The notes beneath the pieces are model-generated. The model saw only the letters and a list, made by a program, of their open reading frames with translations, ran no database searches and was not told the origin of the DNA. The translations under genes and the position numbers were made by a program. A DNA stretch of 64,000 nt from an uncultured Planctomycetota bacterium (lineage in GTDB: Bacteria; Planctomycetota; Planctomycetia; Isosphaerales; Isosphaeraceae). The DNA lies in assembly GCA_963737655.1 (NCBI GenBank), contig CAVTTN010000002.1, forward strand, positions 768,001 to 832,000. Reading direction: 5' to 3'. Shown piece after piece: positions 47,913-56,934 of this stretch. Every line of letters begins with the position of its first letter. Within the stretch, counting starts at the first letter, position 1.

Positions 47913-50216
47913 ATGATCCATCGACGCAAGGCCCTCGCCTCGCTCGTCTTCCCGGCCTCCCTGGTCGTGGCGGGCCTCGCGATGGCCGACACCGTCACGC
48001 TCAAGACCGGCGTGGTCTATCGCGGTGAGGTCGACAAGGACAACACCATCGTCTCGGTCTTCGACCCCGACGGCCTCAAGCGGGTGATTTTTCGAGACAG
48101 CAAGATCGCCCGGACCGACCCCGAGACCGGCAAACGGGCCGTCGAGCACTTCGCCATCGAGCAACCCCTGGTCGTCCACGCCGGGGAGATGCCCTCCGCC
48201 GCCGTCGCCGTGAAGGCCGGGCCCTGGGACAAGACCGGACGACGCACCTTCCGCTACGTCGGGCCTCGCGGCGGACGACCCGTCGAGATGACCCAGGCGA
48301 TCATCGACCTCGGCCCTCGGGTCTGCAAGATCCGGGGCGTCGACGGCTTCTGGGTCAGCCAGGTCTCCACCAGCCAGGTCCCCCGGTCCGTCGTCCTCGA
48401 CATCCTCGCCAAGGTCGATCAGAAGAACCTCAACGAACGCCTCCGGGTGATCCGCTTCCTCGTCGAGGCCGAGTGGAACGCCGAGGCCCGCGTCGAGGTC
48501 GAGCGGCTCAAGAAGGACTTCAAGGCCGATCCCGACGTCCGCGAGAAGGCCGAGAACGCGCTGCGGCTGATCCGCGAGTCCGAGGCCCTCCAGGCCATGA
48601 CCGACACCGAGACCCGCACCCGGGCCCAGCAGCCCCGGGCCGCCTACGCTCGACTCAAGTCCTTTCCCAGCGAGGGAGTTCCGCCCGCGCTGATCGTCCA
48701 GTCCCGAGACGCCCTCCGCAAGCTCGACGCCCTGAAGGCCGCCGACAAGGCCCTGACCGACGCCCTCGCCTCCGCGATGGCCGACATCCCCCAGGGCCGC
48801 AAGCTCGAAATCCTCGCCGCCATGACCGACGCCCCCGACGCCGTCCGCGACCGCTTCTCCGCCTTCGAGAAAGGCCGCGCCGAAGGCTCCGCCAAGCCCG
48901 AGGCCCTCGCCGCCCTCGCCCTCTCCGGCTGGGTCGCCGGGACCGAGTTCGCCACCACCTCGCCCGCCGACGCCGACGCCCTCTGGACCGCCCGCGACCT
49001 CCTCCGCGACTACCTCTCCAGCCGAGAATCCGACGAGGCCCTCCGGGGCGACCGACTCGTCAAGCTCGCCGACCTCCAGCTCGCCGGCAAGCCGATCGGC
49101 CTGGACGCCCTGACCGCCGTCGTCCGCCAGATGCCCCCTCCTCTCAAGGACGCCCAGGACCTCCCCGCCGCCGGCAAGCCCAGCCTCCTCCGGGTCCGAG
49201 ACGACCCCAACCCCGACCAGCCCACCGAGTACGCCGTGATCCTCCCCCCCGAGTACCACCCCCTCCGCTCCTACCCCGCCGTGATCGCCCTCCACGGCGA
49301 CGAGACGCCCGTCGAGGCCCTCGCCTGGTGGGCCGCCGAGGCCTCCCAGCGCGGCTATCTCGTGATCGCCCCCGAGTACAACCTCCGCGACCAGAAACGC
49401 GACTACCGTTACACCCCCAGCGAGCACGCCGCCGTCGAGCTCGCCCTCCGAGACGCCCGGAGGCGCTTCGCCATCGACCCCGACCGCGTCTTCCTCGGCG
49501 GTCAGGGCTTCGGCGGCGACATGGCCTGGGATTTCGGCCTCGCCCACCCCGACCTCTTCGCCGGGGTCGTCGCCGTCTCCGGCCTGCCTGCCAAGTACGT
49601 CTGGGCCGACAAGGCCAACGCCGCCAAGGTGCCGTTTTTCATCGTCATGGGCGACCTCTCCCCGGCCGAGTCCGACATCTTCTTCGCGTCCCTCGCCCGA
49701 CCCCTGATCACCAAGAATCTCGACGTCACCTACGTCGAATACTACCGGAGGGGCCGCGAGGAGTTCCCCGAGGAAGCCCCCCAGGCGTTCGACTGGATGG
49801 CCCCCCGCCGTCGCGAGCCCACCCCCAAGAGCTTCGAGGTCGTCACCGGCCGCGAATGCGACGATCGCTTCTACGGGGTCGTGATCCGCGAGTTCGTCCC
49901 CGGCCGGACCAAGGACCCGGCGGGCGTCGAACCCCTCGGCAAGAACCTCAAGCCGGCCACCCTCGAGCTCAAGTCCAGCAGCCTGGCCAACTTGCTGAAC
50001 ATCACCACCAGCGGCCTCAAGGCGGTGGACGTCTGGGTCAGCCCCAAGCTCATCGACTTCAACAAGAAGATGGAAGTTCGCATCAACAACAAAACCGCCT
50101 TCAAGGGCATGCCCAAGGCCGACACCGAAGCCTTCCTCGAAGACCTCCGCCTCCGGGGCGACCGCTCCCAGACCTACTGGATGAGGGTCCAGGCCGGGAT
50201 CGGCGCCCGAAACTGA
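47913..50216 (+). CDS. Exported protein with C-terminal alpha/beta-hydrolase (esterase/peptidase-like) domain
   Basis: Signal peptide AMA-DTVTLKTG; YPAVIALHG, IDPDRVFLGGQGFGG and HPDLFAG motifs. Confidence 0.8.
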   Translation: MIHRRKALASLVFPASLVVAGLAMADTVTLKTGVVYRGEVDKDNTIVSVFDPDGLKRVIFRDSKIARTDPETGKRAVEHFAIEQPLVVHAGEMPSAAVAVKAGPWDKTGRRTFRYVGPRGGRPVEMTQAIIDLGPRVCKIRGVDGFWVSQVSTSQVPRSVVLDILAKVDQKNLNERLRVIRFLVEAEWNAEARVEVERLKKDFKADPDVREKAENALRLIRESEALQAMTDTETRTRAQQPRAAYARLKSFPSEGVPPALIVQSRDALRKLDALKAADKALTDALASAMADIPQGRKLEILAAMTDAPDAVRDRFSAFEKGRAEGSAKPEALAALALSGWVAGTEFATTSPADADALWTARDLLRDYLSSRESDEALRGDRLVKLADLQLAGKPIGLDALTAVVRQMPPPLKDAQDLPAAGKPSLLRVRDDPNPDQPTEYAVILPPEYHPLRSYPAVIALHGDETPVEALAWWAAEASQRGYLVIAPEYNLRDQKRDYRYTPSEHAAVELALRDARRRFAIDPDRVFLGGQGFGGDMAWDFGLAHPDLFAGVVAVSGLPAKYVWADKANAAKVPFFIVMGDLSPAESDIFFASLARPLITKNLDVTYVEYYRRGREEFPEEAPQAFDWMAPRRREPTPKSFEVVTGRECDDRFYGVVIREFVPGRTKDPAGVEPLGKNLKPATLELKSSSLANLLNITTSGLKAVDVWVSPKLIDFNKKMEVRINNKTAFKGMPKADTEAFLEDLRLRGDRSQTYWMRVQAGIGARN

Positions 50217-51119
50217 ACCCCGGCGGAGGGCCGGCCTCCGACGTGTTGAGGGCCGATTGCGACCACGGTGCTTCGCAGGGCAGGCCCCGGCCTGCCGATT
50301 CGCGGGGACGAAAGGCCAGGGCCCGCCCGACGTGGGCGCGATCCGAGGGCGATCCGCCGGAGACACGGACCAGGCCCCGGCCCGCCATCTCCACACGAGG
50401 GCCAATCGGCTAGCCCGACCAACCAGGAGGTCAACCCGGCCCCCGAGCCGAGGGCCCGTCTCAACCCGTCCCCACCCATCACGGCCCACCTCCGAATCGG
50501 GAATCGAACCCACCCCCAACGACGCCACCCCTTCCATCCCAACCATCGAGAGACCACCCCTCCACCGATCACCCAATCCCCGATCACCCCGTCGCCGTCT
50601 CCCGAACGACCCCCCACGCACACTCCCCGAGCGATCCACGTTTCCCGGAAAAAATCGACGGGAAGACCCCAAAATTCAATCGACGTAAGCCATTCCAAGA
50701 TTAGGCTTTACGCGCCGAATCTCAAAAAATTCTCAGATCAAGAACCATGGCCTGGCAATAGTGACTGTGCGCCCGAAAACCCTATGAAAAAAGCCGTTTG
50801 GCGCGTTTTTCGGGAAAAAGTGTCGTCAACTTCCGACAAATCCGCAATTGCGATTTCCTATAAAGCATAAAATTTGATCAATTGCATAATCTGCGTGGAA
50901 TCCAAACCCAGAAATCTCAAAACCTCGGCAATTCCCCGCGTTCAAGCCGCCCGCAATCCCCGCCCCACCCGATTCTCTCCAGCGGATTTCCCGGAAACCC
51001 CAGATCCCCCAAAATCGCAGGCCCCGGGACCCGCCGAATGATCCCTCAAGGATTGAGCATCGTGTGACTTTGGCTACCAATATGCAAACGCGTACATAAT
51101 ACATCGAATTGCGGCCCTT

Positions 51120-51189
51120 GGAGGGTCCGCTCTTGCGGACCTCTTCGATGTCCCTTCGTCGCGAAGAGGTCCGCAAGAGCGGACCCGAC
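51120..51189. repeat. REP doublet with degenerate GTAG feet (25-bp perfect arms)
   Basis: GGGTCCGCTCTTGCGGACCTCTTCG at 51123-51147 and its reverse complement at 51162-51186; feet GGAG and GTCG. Confidence 0.85.
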
Positions 51190-51303
51190 AAAAACCGCGC
51201 TCGACCACGCCAAGCACGTAAAAATGCACGCATATCGCCCGCCATCTCTTCCGGACACCGCGACTCATGAAGGAGGCCGCAAGGCAGAGAGGGGGCACGG
51301 CAG

Positions 51304-51586
51304 AAAAGGGGACATTCTTGCCCTGTAGAAAACCCCGGTGAGAATGAGGAAACGAGTAGGTCCGACTTCAGTCGGGCCTGCGAAAAAAGGGGTTTGGCTC
51401 ATGAGTCCGGATTGGTGGTCACGTCGGATTTCCCTCGTTCCCGCGCGGAGCGTGGGAACGAGTCGTTGAGCAAGCACCAATCTGGGATCATGAGCCAAGG
51501 GGTTTTCGCAGGCCCGACTGAAGTCGGACCTACTGGTATCGATGCTTCGAACGGGTTTTCTACGGAGCAAGATCGTCCCCTTTTCC
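51304..51586. mobile_element. Nested non-autonomous element: RAYT-end-like palindrome enclosing MITE A copy 2 (51319-51569), which encloses MITE B copy 2
   Basis: AAAAGGGGACATTCT ... AGATCGTCCCCTTTT outer arms; TGCCCTGTAGAAAACCC ... GGGTTTTCTACGGAGCA TIRs; same GTAG REP doublet as at 36657. Confidence 0.85.
51396..51496. mobile_element. 101-bp MITE (family B, copy 2) with 22-bp TIRs and perfect 9-bp target duplication
   Basis: TIRs match at 19/22 (GGCTCATGAGTCCGGATTGGTG); AAGGGGTTT at 51387-51395 and 51497-51505. Confidence 0.9.
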
Positions 51587-51740
51587 GCAGCGAACGTGTA
51601 CCGCCCGGATGGTTCGGTGACTCGATACGACCTGAGTTCTGATGCGGCGAGACCTCGGCTCCGTACCGTCTTGCAAGCCTATCAGAAGAATCGGCCCATG
51701 CCGATCGAAGGGCCGTAGTATCTGATCGTCTGCGGACGCC

Positions 51741-51841
51741 GGTTAACATCGCGCTGCAGAGGACCCCGCACCGCCGCGGCGCTCACCGTGCTATCCTCGC
51801 CGTCTCGGCGGATTCGGGTCCGCTGAGCTTGGTCGTTAGGC
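51741..51841 (+). other. Integron attC recombination site (attC1)
   Basis: R'' GGTTAAC, 5 nt, L'' GCTGCAGA with extra G, GGACCC/GGGTCC stem, L' GCTGAGC, 6 nt, R' GTTAGGC. Confidence 0.8.
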
Positions 51842-51862
51842 GGCATGCGTGGAGGACCGGCG

Positions 51863-52318
51863 ATGCCGCGAGTCCGGTTCACGATGCGTGCGACGTTGGT
51901 TGGCGTGGCGCTCGCCGGCGCCGTCATCGGCGGCGTACTGAGGGCGGGAGCCGGAAGTCGGGGGCCGCTGGCCCTCTCCCACAGTGGTTCTCTCCGGCGG
52001 GTCGTCGAACCGATCACGATCGTCCATTTCGAGTACTACCGCGATGGCGGCAGCATCGGCCTGGCGTTCGACGACGCCAAGGGCGTGCGGAGGTTCGCCT
52101 GCCTGGAGTCGGACATGTTCGGGGGCTCCGCCGGATCGGGGCACCTCGATCTCGACTCGATCGAGCCCGCCAGGGGCGTTCAGGTCCCGTTCTCGGGCGT
52201 CGACGAGCGGGCATTCCTCGGGCTCCTGGAGCGATGGTCTGCCGCAAAGGGTGCGGTCTTGAGTCTGCCGGACAAGTATGCGTTGGCCGTCTTGAAACGG
52301 CTTCGCCTCAGAAATTGA
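51863..52318 (+). CDS. Gene-cassette-encoded hypothetical exported/membrane protein
   Basis: GGAGGA RBS just after R'; MPRVRFTMRATLVGVALAG leader; lies between two attC sites. Confidence 0.7.
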   Translation: MPRVRFTMRATLVGVALAGAVIGGVLRAGAGSRGPLALSHSGSLRRVVEPITIVHFEYYRDGGSIGLAFDDAKGVRRFACLESDMFGGSAGSGHLDLDSIEPARGVQVPFSGVDERAFLGLLERWSAAKGAVLSLPDKYALAVLKRLRLRN

Positions 52319-52434
52319 TCGAACGGACGGTGGCATCCCTCCCTCTTGCCAGCGGGTGCGGCCAGGTCCGTGCGGGTCGCGTCCCGCCCTGGGCTCCTCG
52401 GCGTGCTCGACGCGCCGGAGTCGCGCTGAAGGCC

Positions 52435-52535
52435 GCCCAACCTCGCGCGGCTGCGGAACCGGCCCGCCTCGGCGGCTTCCGGTCGAATCGAAGGTCACAC
52501 TCGGCGGGCCGGTCCGCTGAGCTTTGGCGCCAGGC
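52435..52535 (+). other. Degenerate attC site (attC2)
   Basis: R'' GCCCAAC, 5 nt, L'' GCGGCTGC, stem ACCGGCCCGCC/GGCGGGCCGGT, L' GCTGAGC, 6 nt, R' GCCAGGC; same 101-bp length as attC1. Confidence 0.7.
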
Positions 52536-52862
52536 GTCGCAGAGGGCGACCGCGTGGGGAACGTCCATCGCAAGACCACCCGCGACGAGATGGCCCACGC
52601 CCGCTTGGGCGAGCTCGGTGACGAGCTCGGAATTTCGTGGCCTTGCGACCCCGTCGGGAGTAGGATGCGATTCGGAGCCTGACCCGGGCGGGCGGGCGGA
52701 ACGGATCGGCCACGACGGCGATGCTCACCTCCGTCCCTGCCCATCGCGGAAGGCCCCGGGTCGGGTTCGGCATCACGCCCGCGTGGGGCGACCGAAACAA
52801 AGAATTGTTTGATCTTTTGTCGTCGCCTACGCCGCGATCCTGGGCCGCCGGAGTCATCGGTC

Positions 52863-53837
52863 ATGAAGGTTCTTGCCGCGTTGCTGGGGACGCTGGCGCT
52901 GGCCGCGACCCTGAGCCTGGTCACGGCCCAGGACCGGCCGGCCCGGGAGCCCGAGGGGGCACCGGGCGATCAGCCCGAGGCGTCCAGGGAGCGGGAAGCC
53001 GACGTCCGGGCCCTCACCGACCTCCTCAACTCGTTCGTCAAGGCCTACAACGCGAGGGACGCCAAAGCGATCGGAGACCTGTTCACGCCGGACGCCGAGA
53101 TCGAGGGGGAGGGCGGCAAGATCACTCGCGGGCGCGACGCCATCGTCAAGCGATTCACGGAGGATCTGGCGGACGAAGACCCCGGCACGCTCTCGGTGAA
53201 CACCGAATCTCTCCGATTCCTCGGGGCCGACCTGGCGATCGAGGAGGGCACGGCGACGCTCTCGACCGGACCGGATGGCACGCCGCGGACGAACCGCTAC
53301 AGCGTGATCTACGCGCGTCAGGGCGGCCGCTGGCTGCATGCCCGGATCCGGGACGAACCCTCCGAGGACGTCACCCCGCACGACCGGCTCCTCGAGTTCG
53401 AATGGATGCTCGGCGACTGGGTCAATGAGAGCGACGACGGGGTCGTGTTCACGACCTGCAAGTGGGCCGACAACGCCAACTTCCTCCTCCGGGAGTTCAC
53501 GCTGAAGGTCGAGGGCCGGATCGCACTCAGCGGAACTCAGCGGATCGGGTGGGACGCGCAGCGGAAGCAGTTCCGCACGTGGGTCTTCGACGACGGCGGC
53601 GGGTTCGCCGAGGGGATCGTCACGCGAGACGGCGATCGCTGGATCGTCCAGGGCTCGGGCGTCCGGTCGGACGGGGAGACCGTGTCGTACATCAACGCGA
53701 TTACCCCCCTCGGCAAGGACCGGATCCGCTGGGAGATCCTCGAACGGATCGTCGGCGGCGAGACGAAGCCGAACACCGATCGTTTCGAACTCGTCCGTCG
53801 GCCGCCCGACCCGGCGCAGCCCGACCCGAAGAAGTAA
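52863..53837 (+). CDS. Exported NTF2-like (SnoaL/DUF4440, SgcJ/EcaC-type) protein
   Basis: Signal peptide; FVKAYNARDAKAIGDLFTPDAE, AIEEG and GTQRIGWD motifs. Confidence 0.8.
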   Translation: MKVLAALLGTLALAATLSLVTAQDRPAREPEGAPGDQPEASREREADVRALTDLLNSFVKAYNARDAKAIGDLFTPDAEIEGEGGKITRGRDAIVKRFTEDLADEDPGTLSVNTESLRFLGADLAIEEGTATLSTGPDGTPRTNRYSVIYARQGGRWLHARIRDEPSEDVTPHDRLLEFEWMLGDWVNESDDGVVFTTCKWADNANFLLREFTLKVEGRIALSGTQRIGWDAQRKQFRTWVFDDGGGFAEGIVTRDGDRWIVQGSGVRSDGETVSYINAITPLGKDRIRWEILERIVGGETKPNTDRFELVRRPPDPAQPDPKK

Positions 53838-53900
53838 GCGTTACGGGAGCGTGGCATCGGCCGTCTCCGGACCCCACCGCGAACGCCCCGGAGGGGCATC

Positions 53901-55916
53901 ATGGCACCCAGGCTCGGTAAGCGTCTCCTGATCTTCGCCCTGGCGTTCACCCTCCTGAGCTCCGCGGCCTCCGCCCAGCGCGGAGGGCGAGGCGGAGGCG
54001 GTGGCCGCGCCGGCGGCGGGGGCGCTCGCGGCGGAGGAGGAGGAGGCGGGGGGATGCCTCGCGGCGGCGGTGGCGGTGGCGGGGGAATGCCTCGCGGCGG
54101 AGGAGGCGGCGGGGACTTTTCCCGGAGTCCTGGGATCAGCAGCCCCCGGCCGGCGCAGATGCCCGCTCGTCCCGGCGGTGCCAGCGGCCGACCCTCGACG
54201 CTTCCCTCCGGTCCTGGCGCCGGCAGCCGACCGGGCGCCGGCAACCGCCCGGGAGGCGTGGGCGGTGCAGGAGGCGTCGGCGGTGCAGGAGGCGTCGGCG
54301 GTGCAGGAGGCGTCGGCGGTGCAGGAGGCGTGGGCAATCGGCCCGGTGGGGCCGGCGGTCCAGGAGGAAACCGCCCCGGCATCGATAACCGACCGGGCGG
54401 CGGCGGCGTCAACAATCGCCCAGGGATCGACAACCGACCGGGAACCGATAACCGACCGGGTGGCGCCGGCAATCGCCCCGGCATCGACAATCGCCCAGGG
54501 GTCGGCGGCGCCGGCAATCGCCCCGGTATCGACAACCGACCCGGTATCGACAACCGACCCGGTATCGACAACCGACCCGGTATCGACAACCGACCCGGTA
54601 TCGACAACCGTCCGGGCGTCGGCGTCGGCGTCGGGGGCAATCGCACGGGCATCAACAATCAGCCGATCCGCGGGAACAACATCGCGAGCGGCAACACGAT
54701 CAATCGGGGCAACGTCAACGTCGGGGGCATCCGCCAGAACAACGTGGCCGGCATCGGCGTCGATCCGGGATACGGGGTCCGCCCGCCCGCGTACAACAAC
54801 TGGCGGGGTGCCTACTGGGGCTATCACCAGGGCTGGGCGAACGGCTACTGGCACGGCTACCACGACAACAACGCCTGGGGTTGGGGCCGGTTTGCGACCG
54901 GGGCGGCGCTCGGCGTGACGGCCTGGGGCCTCGGCTCGTCGTATTACAACTGGGGATACGCCAGCTACGCCAACCCGTACTACGGCGGGGTCGCCGTGGC
55001 GGAGCCGATCGTGATCCAGCAGACGATCGTCGGGGGCCAGCCCCAGACGGTGAGCGTCCCCGCGCTTCCCTACGACTACGGCCAGCCGATCAACACGGAG
55101 GCCGCCCCGCCGGCCGCGGAGGTCGCCGACCCCGCCCTCGCGAAGTTCGACGAGGCCCGGACGGCCTTCGGGTCGGGCGATTACGCCGGCGCCCTGCGCC
55201 TGACCGACGAGGCGCTGAAGGTCCTGCCGAACGACGCCACCCTCCACGAGTTCCGGGCCCTGGTGTTGTTCGCGGTCGGGAAGTACGACCTCGCCGCCGG
55301 CCCGCTCTACGCCATCCTGTCGGTCGGACCCGGCTGGGACTGGACGACGATGGCCGGCCTCTATCCCGACATCGACGTGTACACGGCCCAGCTCCGCAAG
55401 TTGGAGGCGGCCGTCCGCGCCAACCCGCCTTCGACGTCCGCCCAGTTCGTCCTGGCCTATCACTACCTGACGGCGTCCCACATCGACTCCGCCGTGGCCC
55501 AGCTCAAGCAGATCGTGGCCCGGGCGCCCGACGACAAGCTCTCGGCCCAGCTCATCGAGCAGTTCAGCAAGCCGGGCCCGGAGACCGACGCGCCGGCGCC
55601 CCCGCCCGCTCCGGTGGCGGAGCAACCGGCCAGGACCGGCACGCTGCCCGGCAAATGGTCGGCGAGCCCGACCAAGGACACGACGATCCGACTGGAGGTC
55701 GGGGACGACGGGGCCTTCCGCTGGATCGTCGAGGCCAAGGGCAAGACGCAGGAGCTCTCGGGGAAGTGGTCGCTCGCCGACGACCTGCTCACGCTCAACC
55801 AGTCCGGCCAGGGCGGCGCCCTGATCGGCCGCGTCGCCTGGCTGGCCGATGACCGGTGGAATTTCCGCGTCATGGGGACCGGGGCGGACGACCCCGGGCT
55901 GACCTTCGCCCGCTGA
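53901..55916 (+). CDS. Exported Gly/Asn-rich repeat protein with TPR domain
   Basis: Signal peptide, RGG/poly-Gly region, GIDNRP repeats, W/Y/G-rich segment, TPR-like LHEFRALVLFA...FVLAYHYL. Confidence 0.8.
   Translation: MAPRLGKRLLIFALAFTLLSSAASAQRGGRGGGGGRAGGGGARGGGGGGGGMPRGGGGGGGGMPRGGGGGGDFSRSPGISSPRPAQMPARPGGASGRPSTLPSGPGAGSRPGAGNRPGGVGGAGGVGGAGGVGGAGGVGGAGGVGNRPGGAGGPGGNRPGIDNRPGGGGVNNRPGIDNRPGTDNRPGGAGNRPGIDNRPGVGGAGNRPGIDNRPGIDNRPGIDNRPGIDNRPGIDNRPGVGVGVGGNRTGINNQPIRGNNIASGNTINRGNVNVGGIRQNNVAGIGVDPGYGVRPPAYNNWRGAYWGYHQGWANGYWHGYHDNNAWGWGRFATGAALGVTAWGLGSSYYNWGYASYANPYYGGVAVAEPIVIQQTIVGGQPQTVSVPALPYDYGQPINTEAAPPAAEVADPALAKFDEARTAFGSGDYAGALRLTDEALKVLPNDATLHEFRALVLFAVGKYDLAAGPLYAILSVGPGWDWTTMAGLYPDIDVYTAQLRKLEAAVRANPPSTSAQFVLAYHYLTASHIDSAVAQLKQIVARAPDDKLSAQLIEQFSKPGPETDAPAPPPAPVAEQPARTGTLPGKWSASPTKDTTIRLEVGDDGAFRWIVEAKGKTQELSGKWSLADDLLTLNQSGQGGALIGRVAWLADDRWNFRVMGTGADDPGLTFAR
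54261..54611 (+). repeat. Coding tandem repeats (18-bp GGAGGV x4; 18-bp PGIDNR x5 plus dispersed copies)
   Basis: GGCGGTGCAGGAGGCGTC and CCCGGTATCGACAACCGA units. Confidence 0.85.
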
Positions 55917-55986
55917 GGCCCGGCGCCCGCCAGCGGGGGGAAGTCCAGTTGAGATCCTGGCGTGAACCGAGGGCGCACCGCCGGTC

Positions 55987-56886
55987 CTACTCGGACAGGA
56001 GCCGTTGCTTCGCCTCGGCCAAGGCCGAGCGCTGCACGTCGGTCACCTCGGGGTATCTCAGGTCGAGCGACCGCAGAGTGGTGGTGATCACGTCGGCGAC
56101 GACGGCCCTGGCGACCCACTTGTGATCGGCCGGGATGACGTACCAGGGGGCCCACCTGGTGCTCGTGGCCGACAGGCAATCCGAATACGCCTTCATGTAC
56201 TGGCCCCAGTGGGCCCGCTCTTCGAGGTCGGCCGCGGAGAACTTCCAGTGCTTGTCCGGCCGGTCGAGCCGGTCGAGGAACCGTCGCTTCTGCTCGCCCT
56301 TCGAGACGTTGAGGAAGAACTTGAGGATGACCGTTCCGTTGCGGACCAGGTGGCGCTCGAACGCGTTGATGTCCTGGTATCGCCTCCTCCAGAGCTTCTT
56401 CCTGGCCGTCGCGTCCGGCAGCCTCTGCGCGGCGAGCAACTCGGGGTGGACCTTGACCACGAGGACATCCTCGAAGTACGACCGGTTGAAGATGCCGATC
56501 CGCCCCCGCTCGGGCAGGCACCGCACGTATCTCCAGAGGAAGTCGTGGTCGAGCTCCTCGGCCGAGGGCTTCTTGAAGCTGAAGACCTGGCAGCCCTGGG
56601 GGTTGACGCCGGACATCACGTGCTTGATCGTGCCGTCCTTGCCGGCCGCGTCCATCGCCTGGAAGACGACGAGCAGCGCATACCGGTCGTCGGCGTAGAG
56701 CAGGTCCTGGGCCTCGGCCAGGTCGGCGAGGTTCTGGTCGAGGATCTGCCTGGCCCGTTCCTTCAGGGCGTCCTTGCCGAGCTCCTCCATCTCCTTCGTT
56801 TGGGCCCAGCCGGGGTTGTGGTCCTTGAGCCTCACGGCCTCGCCCGGGGGGACCCGGAAGCGGTCGACGATGTCCTTTGCAATCAC
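55987..56886 (-). CDS. ppk2: Polyphosphate kinase 2 family protein
   Basis: FQAMDAAGKDGTIK, FKKPS, IFNRSYFE and WYVIPADHKW motifs; AGGAGG before GTG. Confidence 0.92.
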   Translation of the reverse strand: MIAKDIVDRFRVPPGEAVRLKDHNPGWAQTKEMEELGKDALKERARQILDQNLADLAEAQDLLYADDRYALLVVFQAMDAAGKDGTIKHVMSGVNPQGCQVFSFKKPSAEELDHDFLWRYVRCLPERGRIGIFNRSYFEDVLVVKVHPELLAAQRLPDATARKKLWRRRYQDINAFERHLVRNGTVILKFFLNVSKGEQKRRFLDRLDRPDKHWKFSAADLEERAHWGQYMKAYSDCLSATSTRWAPWYVIPADHKWVARAVVADVITTTLRSLDLRYPEVTDVQRSALAEAKQRLLSE

Positions 56887-56934
56887 GCGCAACCTCCTGA
56901 AACATCTGGCGCGGGGTGAGGTGCCGACTTCGGA

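Noticed and set aside
50860..51110. Possible dif site or replication origin in the AT-rich tract
   Set aside because: No paired XerC/XerD arms and no TTATCCACA DnaA-box cluster were visible.
52548..52683. 42-codon ORF after attC2 ending in GCCTGAC as a possible third cassette
   Set aside because: Too short, no recognisable motif, and no complete attC follows.
54522..54611. Perfect 18-bp tandem repeats
   Set aside because: No spacers; they encode in-frame PGIDNR repeats.
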